Shown piece by piece: positions 21,714 to 29,683 of a stretch of DNA of 64,000 nt. The stretch covers positions 176,289-240,288 of the forward strand of contig VRVR01000049.1 in assembly GCA_009859145.1 (NCBI GenBank), written 5' to 3'. Numbering within the stretch: position 1 is the stretch's first letter; each line of letters begins with the position of its first letter. The translations under genes and the position numbers were made by a program. The DNA is from Andalucia godoyi And28 (lineage: Eukaryota; Protista; Jakobida). The notes beneath the pieces are model-generated. The model saw nothing but the letters and a program-made list of their open reading frames with translations. It had not been told where the DNA came from and searched no databases.

Positions 21714-22040
21714 ATGACATCTCCGCCGCCAGGAAAGATCGCTAAGGCGACAACGACGTGGCAGATGTTGGCATGGGGCCATTATCAATTCCAGCAGCGG
21801 ATGCTCTGCAAAAATTGTGCGAATTCGCGGGGCGGCAGGTGTCGATTGTGACTTGTGACGGAGGAGTGCACGTCTAAAACGTGCGGCTGTTGCGGGGAAA
21901 TGCATCGCAAGTTGTGTGGAAGCAAGGTGCTGTGTTGCCCATCGTGCAAATGCACGCTCGACCGCGATTGGAACGGCGCGCGCAACATCTACATCTATCT
22001 TAGGAACGTCTCTCATGCCGAGGGGCGTGTTGGGGCCTAA
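21714..22040 (+). pseudogene. Truncated Fanzor2 / IS607-TnpB-like nuclease remnant (copy C): RuvC-II Glu region, Zn finger, RuvC-III
   Basis: A single frame reads MTSPPPGKIAKATTTWQMLAWGHYQFQQRMLCK...RCRL*LVTEECTSKTCGCCG...GSKVLCCPSCKCTLDRDWNGARNIYI. It has an in-frame TGA at 21849-21851 and lacks the N-terminal two thirds, including RuvC-I. Confidence 0.9.
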
Positions 22041-22090
22041 CCCCCCTTCCCAATCATGCTGTGCATGTTGTTGGGTCGCAGCATTGATTA
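22028..22090 (+). ncRNA. Putative omegaRNA scaffold remnant of copy C
   Basis: The GGGG-CCTAA-CCCC hairpin shared with copies A/B is followed by an AATCATGCTGTG...CGCAGCATTGATT stem of about 12 bp with one bulge, directly after the ORF end. Confidence 0.4.
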
Positions 22091-22319
22091 TGGGCGATCA
22101 GCGACGATTGTCCGTGGGTATAATTCTCTTGAAAAAGGAAAAAAACGAGTTGACTCAAACGAGAAGGACTCAACTCAACTGAGCTGCAAAAGGTCCTCCT
22201 ATGTTTACAATGTGGAGTACTTTGTCAGCTTTGCACTGTTTGGGCACATTGGAGGAAGGAATAAAAGAAGACAGAGAAGGAAGACAGAAGAAGGAAGAAA
22301 GAAGAAACAAGAAGAGAGG

Positions 22320-23084
22320 ATGAGTTCTGCAAAGAACTTGCTGCAAGAACTTCTCGTGAAGCATGGACTGCAGGCGTCTTATTCATCGACGGGCAGTGGT
22401 CCTGAGCATAGCAAGGTGTTTTCGGCCGTTTGTGTGATTGGGAGCCGTTCATTCCGTGGGATGGGGAATTCCAAAAAGGAAGCAGAGCTGGAATCAGCCG
22501 CCGATGCTCTGCGGTCGCTGCGTGCGGACCCGACTGTCTTGCGATCTCTGTGCGCTCGACCTCGCCCGACGGACCTCCGAGCCGACGGAGCGCATTTGGT
22601 TGCTGCTGCGACGGCTGCTTGCGTGAGACCGTTGTTGGTGCTGCGCCGACACACACTCATCTTTGTGGACGTGGAGTCGTCACAAGACATCAGTGTGTTT
22701 GAAAAGGTATGCTATACCAATGCATCGATCTATGCTTCCACGTCCGCAAGTACCGTGTCCACGATGCGCGACAAGATCAAGACCATGAACAACCTAGTCT
22801 GCGATGGCACTGGCGGACAAGATGATAGTAGAGGAATGTACATCCGAGAGCTGTTCAGCGACTCTGCAATGCCAAATGCTGCGGATGTACGCATCATCTT
22901 TGAAGTCGGACGGATGGCAGGCACCGCGATGGGCGGGGACGTCATCGTTGTGTCCAATGACAATTTCGCAACTTGCCTGAAAACCGTCCTCTGCGGCTGC
23001 GGAATCGTCCCGCTCCATTTTGAGTTTCGCGTCTTTAAACGATGCCAAGATTGCATCGACTTTCTTGCTTCGCAGTCCACATAG
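22320..23084 (+). CDS. dsRNA-binding motif fused to a PIN/NYN-like domain
   Basis: N-terminal dsRBM (KNLLQELLVK...GPEHSKVFSAVCVIG...GMGNSKKEAELESAADAL). The C-terminal part has acidic motifs IFVDVES, NAADVRIIF and VVSNDNF in PIN/NYN order. Confidence 0.75.
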   Translation: MSSAKNLLQELLVKHGLQASYSSTGSGPEHSKVFSAVCVIGSRSFRGMGNSKKEAELESAADALRSLRADPTVLRSLCARPRPTDLRADGAHLVAAATAACVRPLLVLRRHTLIFVDVESSQDISVFEKVCYTNASIYASTSASTVSTMRDKIKTMNNLVCDGTGGQDDSRGMYIRELFSDSAMPNAADVRIIFEVGRMAGTAMGGDVIVVSNDNFATCLKTVLCGCGIVPLHFEFRVFKRCQDCIDFLASQST

Positions 23085-23486
23085 ATTCTGAAATTGTCAC
23101 CCTGGCATTGTGTGTACTCCTAGCCAGTGACCAAAACGCGCACCGGACCTGCCTGCTCCCGCTTGACGGCTCGAACAAGTGGCTCCGAGAGAATGAAGAT
23201 GTACAAAAGTGTATTATGAAGCCCATGGCAGCCTGCACTCCCCCCTCCCACACACCCACACAACATTGCCCTGCCCCATAAAAGAATATGCTGACGCCTG
23301 ATTCACGCACACGAGTAATCAAAGGACTTTGTCCGCTGTACCAGGTGGAAAAACTATAATTATACGATTGGTTCGGCAGACCGCAAGTGTTTTTGTCAAT
23401 TAATTTTATTATTTTCGAGTGTGCCGTTTCCTCCCACTCCCCCCTCTCTCGCTGAATTGCTACAGGAACAAGTGCGATTGGATGAG

Positions 23487-24503
23487 ATGAGTGCGGCGCT
23501 GTCTTCGCACTGGGTATCAACGTTTCTGAGCGAAATCAGGGCGAATCTGCCGGGTTCCCGCCGACTGTCGCCCTGTGATCCTGCATTTCAAGCGCTGGTA
23601 AAATCAATTCCAAAGAGCGATCGCCTCGATTTGCTCGCGATGAATCACATTCTAGTCGATGAGCGACACCATGCACGGTTTGAGACGTGTTTTCGATGTT
23701 GGCACCGCCCGTGTGCGTGTGAATCCTACCCCAGACTGCACCGATTCATGCATCCCGAGTCGGCCTCTCTCGGGCCGATGCGCCAGAAAGTGATGAAAAA
23801 GGAGAAGCAAGAGAAGGAGGAGGAAGAGGAGCATAACCAACATCACCACGAGGACGCTCTCGAGTGGAATCATGAAGTGCTGGTCTGGATGCACTTTCGA
23901 GAATTGTTCAAATCGTCCAACTCGGGGAAGCTGCTGCCGTTGATGCTTCCGGAAGGTGCGACGGACGTATGTGTCTACGGAGTCGGTGTACAAGATGCAA
24001 AGATGCGTGCGCTTTGGTCAGATCCGGACGAGTGTTCGCGTACTGCAGTGCTGTTTCCGTCCGCGGACGCATTCACCCCCCAAGAATGGGTCAGAGAATT
24101 TGAAGATCGGCAGGCAAAACGAGCGGAGAAGGGGCTTGCAAGACAGAGCATGCGGCTTGTGCTCGTCGATTGCGTATGGTCGCAGGCCGGAAGCATGCGC
24201 AGGTCCATTCCAGATTCGTCAAATGTCGCATTTGTACGGTTGGGCGAGGATGCAGGGCTGAAGGACAAGGTGTTGTTTGAGGTGTTTCGAAAGAGAACGC
24301 GCAAAGACGGAATGAGCACGCTCGAGGCCTATGTCCAGTGGCTTAGAGAAACCGGCTGGAATGGCTACGAGAACGCCGCAGTCACTCTTGAAAAGGCACT
24401 GCTCAAAATGGCGGCCAACGAATCGGACCGAGGAAGACTTCTCAAGAAGCCCAAGCGCGATACCAGCCCAACTCCACAGAATGCTGATAACGACACCACA
24501 TGA
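23487..24503 (+). CDS. DTW-domain protein (tRNA-uridine aminocarboxypropyltransferase, TapT/DTWD2-like)
   Basis: CFRCW...CAC knuckle, MHFRELFKSSNSGKL, AVLFPS, VLVDCVWSQA and MSTLEA. The start is uncertain (ATG 23487, or a spliced upstream exon). Confidence 0.8.
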   Translation: MSAALSSHWVSTFLSEIRANLPGSRRLSPCDPAFQALVKSIPKSDRLDLLAMNHILVDERHHARFETCFRCWHRPCACESYPRLHRFMHPESASLGPMRQKVMKKEKQEKEEEEEHNQHHHEDALEWNHEVLVWMHFRELFKSSNSGKLLPLMLPEGATDVCVYGVGVQDAKMRALWSDPDECSRTAVLFPSADAFTPQEWVREFEDRQAKRAEKGLARQSMRLVLVDCVWSQAGSMRRSIPDSSNVAFVRLGEDAGLKDKVLFEVFRKRTRKDGMSTLEAYVQWLRETGWNGYENAAVTLEKALLKMAANESDRGRLLKKPKRDTSPTPQNADNDTT

Positions 24504-24973
24504 CAAATAATGGCCAATGCATCATCAATTTCCGTCTTCCTTAATGAACGCTTTTTGCTCTTTTTATTTGTCTTCCTGCTTTACGTCCTCCCCTCAGCCC
24601 CGCAGCTCTTCTGGTCTGAGCGCGGAACTCCAACAGACGTAGTGTTTTCTTGCCAATGTCCTAGATAAACCCGCCTCAAATCCCTAATCATCGTCCCTTA
24701 TCAGCAGCAATCGACGTCATTCAGAGAGTTTCGTTCCGTGGCTGTTTATATTATAGCAGTGTCTTCAGTCTTGTTTTACTCGTTTCCGTAGTAGCATGCC
24801 GCATACGTAACCCGTCACTTGCAAAACGCGTGTTACTTTGCATGCATCGTTGCCGCGCACTTTCCAGACTGCCTGCTCACGACGGACATCATCACCACCG
24901 CTGCTGCTGCTGTTACTTCTTGGCTGGTATCACAGGCGTTGCACCTCTTCCGACTACCAGCACTGTTGCTCGA

Positions 24974-25888
24974 ATGCGTCGGAGAATCAAGCGCGACGGC
25001 TCGACGTTTGCTGAAACAGCTGCAGTCAATGCACCGCTGAAACGCAGTCGAGGTGGGCTGCCTGTCCTTCCGATCCAATACGATAACGAATCCCATCCAA
25101 GCTACTGTGCGCACGTCGAGGTTCGATTGGAACAACCTGTTGCGTTGACTACACAAACACCCCCCGGCATGTCGCTTCCGCCTCCCAAGAAGCCGCCACC
25201 GAGAAATTGGGAATGGATTTATGGGCAGATTGAAGATATGAGAAAGGACGGGGGTGCGCCGGTGGACACATTGGGGTGTGAACGTCTTTTTGACCCTGCT
25301 GCTGCGGAGCATGTGAAGAGGTTTCATATTCTTGTGGCGCTGATGATGTCGTCGCAGACGAAAGATCAGATCACTGCTGCAGCACATGAACGACTGCGGG
25401 CTCAGCTTCCAGGAGGCTTGACTGTCGATAGCATCTTGGCAGTTCCAGAGGATACGCTTGTTAGCATCTTGTACGGAGTTGGATTCTATCGAAGAAAAGC
25501 AGAGTATCTGAAGGGGGCGGCGAAGCTCTGCAAAGATAAGCACAACGGCGACATACCGGCAACGCTCGAGGGATTGCTCGAGCTTCCGGGAGTGGGCCCA
25601 AAGATGGCATACCTGGTAATGGGCTGTGCGTGGAACAAACCGCACACAGGGATTGGCGTCGATGTGCACGTGCATCGAATCACAAACCGTCTTGGATGGG
25701 TGAAGACCAAGAACCCGGAAGAGACGCGGAAGGCACTGGAAGACTGGCTGCCTTTCGAAAAGTACCATTCGATTAATTACCTGCTGGTCGGTTTGGGCCA
25801 GACAATTTGCAAACCCGTCAGTCCAGCGTGCGACAAGTGTCTTTGTCGCGACATGTGCCCCAAAATTGGCACAAGATCAAAAGACTGA
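24974..25888 (+). CDS. NTHL1: Endonuclease III-like DNA glycosylase/AP lyase
   Basis: APVDTLGCE, LMMSSQTKD, HhH motif LLELPGVGPKMA, GIGVDVHVHRITNRLGW, and Fe-S motif CKPVSPACDKCLCRDMCP; ATG at 24974. Confidence 0.96.
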   Translation: MRRRIKRDGSTFAETAAVNAPLKRSRGGLPVLPIQYDNESHPSYCAHVEVRLEQPVALTTQTPPGMSLPPPKKPPPRNWEWIYGQIEDMRKDGGAPVDTLGCERLFDPAAAEHVKRFHILVALMMSSQTKDQITAAAHERLRAQLPGGLTVDSILAVPEDTLVSILYGVGFYRRKAEYLKGAAKLCKDKHNGDIPATLEGLLELPGVGPKMAYLVMGCAWNKPHTGIGVDVHVHRITNRLGWVKTKNPEETRKALEDWLPFEKYHSINYLLVGLGQTICKPVSPACDKCLCRDMCPKIGTRSKD

Positions 25889-25915
25889 GATGCTTGATTC
25901 TCATTGATACAGCAC

Positions 25916-26504
25916 GCCGTTGAATAATAACACGTCATTGTCATGCATACGGGAGGAAGCATCCATAAACAGACACCGCCGATACTGGCCGACAACTAGT
26001 ACGTTTGCTTCACAGGAATTCGTGCTTCCGCACGCTCGGCCAGAATTCAGCCTGTGACACGGGCTCTGCATTTTCGACACTCTTTAACGCAGCATCCGTA
26101 GCCATCTATTCCATCATTCGTTGATATGGTTTTTGGTGTCGCTTTTTTAATTCAAATACGGGCGTGAGCGCGCTGGGACGACGCATTCGCCTACGCCTAC
26201 GCCGCTCGATACAGGGCCTCCTAGGTCCCGCAGACCTCCTAAGAGACCACGTGTCACTACCCTGCTGCTAGGGCCGTCAGAATCAAAATGCACGCTTCTC
26301 AGGAACAACGTGTCACGCTGAGAAAGTGGCTCACAGATTGATCGAGATTGGGAACAGAGCGCGGAACATCTATCTGAAGAGCGCCGTGAGGCGTGTTGGG
26401 GGCCTATCCCCTTCCCGGTAACAGGATGCAAGACTGAATATGCATGTCTATTCGTAGATATGCAGCATGTTCAGTGTGTAATGTAGGCGTTGAATCGTGG
26501 TCTC
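25916..26504 (+). mobile_element. Non-autonomous Fanzor2/IS607-like element, internally deleted (copy A)
   Basis: About 590 bp colinear with the reverse complement of 57432-58078. It encodes relic ARAVRIKMHASQEQRVTLRKW (26267-26329) joined through frameshifts to IDRDW-NRARNIYLK (26337-26379), followed by hairpins ending TTCAG at 26474. No TIR or TSD. Confidence 0.85.
26395..26474 (+). ncRNA. Putative Fanzor omegaRNA scaffold (copy A)
   Basis: GGGG-GCCTAT-CCCC hairpin, then a terminal hairpin CTGAATATGCATGTCTA-TTCG-TAGATAT(GCA)GCATGTTCAG (26434-26474) overlapping the end of the nuclease relic. Confidence 0.5.
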
Positions 26505-26565
26505 ATTGCTCCTTTAGAGCAGAAGAGGAGGAGGAGGGATGAGGAAAAACCAAACATTTGCGATT

Positions 26566-28314
26566 TTATTGAAAAGTGATCGACACAAAATCAACGTTTG
26601 GAATTGAATAATCCGAGGAACTGGCATCGGTTCCGTGAAGGATCAGATCGTGCCATTCCATGCCTGGATATCCAATATTCATCTTGATGGCACAAGCATA
26701 ACATCGAGCAGCGCTGTTGAACATTTTCCTGTCCTGCAGCACCTTGCCCATAATCCCCCAAGCGTCTGCCCTTCGTGGATTTCGACGAATCGCAAGAGAT
26801 GCATGTACGCGCGCCATAGAGTGTTGCCCGCTGCGAAGACACTGGAATCCCAAAGCGACATTGGCATCATAGTGCTTTGGATCAATCGTAGTGGCCTTTT
26901 GGAACAGCACGATCGCTGCTTCGGTGTTCTCGCGCGATTGCTCGACGTAGCCCAATGCGTAGTGGGGTTGCGCGTGCTCCGGCGCGAGCTCCACAAGAAA
27001 CGATCCAAACTTGGCTGCATCGTCAAATGCCTCGCAGTCCGCAAGTCCCTTGACTACGAGAGAATGGACTGCCAAGAAATGTGCTGTAAGCTGGTTCTTC
27101 TCGACGTCAGATAGGATGGGAGAGTTGCGAATCGGAGCCAAGGAACAATACAAGGGAGAAAGAGAAATTTGCTCTGAAACATGTCGAAGCGTCGACGCTG
27201 CTGCGCGCTTATTTCCAATGGCAAGTTCGGAAAGTGCTCGGATGATGGCGAGACGGACATCCGGAAACTCTACTGCTGCTGCCTTGCAAAGTCGGATGCA
27301 TCCGGTATAATTCTTGAGAGTCAGCAGCGACAATGCAGTAAAGATCCAGGCATCGGCATAGAGCTTCGGAAACTTGCAAAGCGTTGAGCACTTTTGGATT
27401 GCCAGTCGGACACCAGACAGGTCATGATTGGCCAGTGCAGACCACGCCGCATTGGTGTGAAGCGCACATTTATCACGCAGACACAGATCCTGAAACGAGA
27501 TCTCGAATGGGAAATACGCTGTTTGCAGAATAGACTGTGCGAACGAGAGCAGTCGCTGCGATCTCTGCGCAAACAATGTGGGCAATCCCTCTCGCTCACC
27601 TGCAAGTAAGACAAAGTATGCCAGTCGGAACGCGTCTTGCGCATTCACCAGGTTCTGCGGCACGATTGCTGGGGGCCCCGGAGCGATTCCCGAGGTCGGT
27701 GCCAGAAGCGTCTTGGTTGAATTCACACTGGCAACGGCGTCCGAGTACAGCAGGATGTGCGCACATGCAATTTGGCATGCACGATGCACCGTATACACGG
27801 AGAACCTGCGGTTTGCAACCACTCGTTCTCTCAGAAACGGATACGACGCTTCGGGAGATGACGCAGCAAGTGACAGAATGGCATGACATAGCAGCTTTGT
27901 CATTTGGTTTCTCAGCGGCGAGTCGGAATTGTGGGCATACGAGACCATAGAGCTTGGTGGATTTGTGTTTGCAATCGTGTTGCCAGTGGAATAGGCGCTC
28001 GTGTGCAACAACTGGACTGCTTTGACCAGTGAATCGACATATGCAGACACATGCTCCGCGGTCGGAGTCGCCACAATGGACAACAAGGACTGGATGTTTC
28101 GGTCGGATGTCCTGCTGGATATCGCTGCCAGCGCCTCAGTCGTAAACGCATTGCGCCAGAAGAGTAGCTCTGCTTCCAGAAGAAGTGCTGTTGTCTGCCC
28201 GTCTTCTGTTAGCGTCGATCGGTCCAGCGAAGCCAGGAACACATCAAGATCCGAAAGACGCTTGTTCAGCGCGTAATCACTGCTCAATGCATGCAGATCC
28301 GCCGACCCTGACAT
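26566..28314 (-). CDS. TPR-repeat protein, TTC7/YPP1-like C-terminal TPRs
   Basis: Tandem TPR units (HYALGYVEQS, DPKHYDANVALG, NPRRADAWGIMGKVLQ, AARCYACAI); ATG at 28314. Confidence 0.75.
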   Translation of the reverse strand: MSGSADLHALSSDYALNKRLSDLDVFLASLDRSTLTEDGQTTALLLEAELLFWRNAFTTEALAAISSRTSDRNIQSLLSIVATPTAEHVSAYVDSLVKAVQLLHTSAYSTGNTIANTNPPSSMVSYAHNSDSPLRNQMTKLLCHAILSLAASSPEASYPFLRERVVANRRFSVYTVHRACQIACAHILLYSDAVASVNSTKTLLAPTSGIAPGPPAIVPQNLVNAQDAFRLAYFVLLAGEREGLPTLFAQRSQRLLSFAQSILQTAYFPFEISFQDLCLRDKCALHTNAAWSALANHDLSGVRLAIQKCSTLCKFPKLYADAWIFTALSLLTLKNYTGCIRLCKAAAVEFPDVRLAIIRALSELAIGNKRAAASTLRHVSEQISLSPLYCSLAPIRNSPILSDVEKNQLTAHFLAVHSLVVKGLADCEAFDDAAKFGSFLVELAPEHAQPHYALGYVEQSRENTEAAIVLFQKATTIDPKHYDANVALGFQCLRSGQHSMARVHASLAIRRNPRRADAWGIMGKVLQDRKMFNSAARCYACAIKMNIGYPGMEWHDLILHGTDASSSDYSIPNVDFVSITFQ

Positions 28315-29071
28315 CTCTCTCCCCCACAAAAAAAAAAAAGAAGAAAGAATACTATAATCCGTTGACTCTCCCACGTATTCTCCCCTCCTCGTTCTTAACA
28401 AGCCTCGGTTCGAGAAGACGTTGCATTAAGACAAGTAAGACGAAAAGGAAAGGGTAAGAAAGAAATACTGCACAAGGCGAAAGAGAGACAAAGTTTCCTC
28501 TATTCAGTGTTTTTGTTGTTGTTTTTTGTTTAATATACAGCAGATGTGCTCTTCAGTTGGCTGACCATCGACATGCAGTTCTTTGCATCGGAACCAAATG
28601 TGAGTTTAATCCAATACAGAAGGGGTGGTACGCCACAGCAGGCCGAAGCGTTCTTCCAATAGATGTTGCGCGCACGATTCCAAACTCTCGATCCAGACGT
28701 GTGCCGGACAGAACGGGGACATCGGAATGGCGATGGTGGCTGACGTGCATGAAGAAGAAGGAAAAAAAAAAGGCGAATGAAAAAGCAAAACGGCTGGGTG
28801 AGTGGGATAAGTTCGGTAAAGTAGAGCGGGTTATGGTTTTGTTTATGCTTGCAGAACGATGGATGTCAAATTGTCAAGGCTCGCTTGCTTGCCAACGGCT
28901 GCGGTCTGACTGGGCCGAGTCGAACCAGCAAATGTCAAGATGCGTCATATCTCACAACGCAATAACGCAGTCTCCACACTGCATGACACTACATGACGGA
29001 TATGATGCATGAATTTCAAACCACGCATTTTTTTCTTCTTTTTCAGAGCCCCCAGTTCCTTATGCTCGATC

Positions 29072-29371
29072 TCAAAGACGAGATGGGAACGTCCACGTCA
29101 GTGAGAAACCATGGCATTTTGCAATTGTAGCCGCATGCTTCATTTTCCACGACTCGAGCATCCGAAGCTCATCTTTCGGCATCCAAACATTCCGATTCCA
29201 CCATGAAGAATATTGCGCCAATCTCGACGTTGTCGTGGTCGATGATGCGGTTGTTGACGGGAGATGAATGTTATATCCAGAAACGTCAGTCTGTGACGTC
29301 GTGTCTTTGATCGCGAACCACAGCTCAGACGCGGTGCTTTTGCTCGAATCACAATATAATACTAATGTCAT
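29072..29371 (-). CDS. Hypothetical protein (99 aa), possibly incomplete
   Basis: ATG-initiated ORF in an otherwise empty interval; no family recognised. Confidence 0.35.
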   Translation of the reverse strand: MTLVLYCDSSKSTASELWFAIKDTTSQTDVSGYNIHLPSTTASSTTTTSRLAQYSSWWNRNVWMPKDELRMLESWKMKHAATIAKCHGFSLTWTFPSRL

Positions 29372-29683
29372 TTCCTCCCCCCCCTTTGCATTTATTTATT
29401 TATTCTTTTCATCTTGAAGAAAGCCCGAAAAGCCCCATTCCGAAATGCAACTCGGCTTCAAGATCGAGAACCCAGACGGAAAAGCGGGGACGCCCAGCAA
29501 ATGTCAAGCGGACCAGTTTCGGCTTTTTTTTTGCTTATGGCATCTTACGACGGCTGAGATGATGCTCGCTTGTCGATTTTTTTTTTCCATGGACAGACGT
29601 TGGCAGTTTGGCATAAAACCATTAAAAAAATATATATATACACGATATGCAGCACAGGCTATGTACAAGAAAACTGCTGTGTC

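Noticed and set aside
24610-24640. GAGCGCGGAAC match to the Fanzor ARN codons
   Set aside because: Isolated 11-mer with no flanking similarity; chance.
28905-28930. tRNA T-loop-like GGTTCGACTC (minus), and GTTCGAACC at about 36906
   Set aside because: The T-stem does not pair and no cloverleaf or A box was found; no tRNA or rRNA gene was recognised anywhere in the window.
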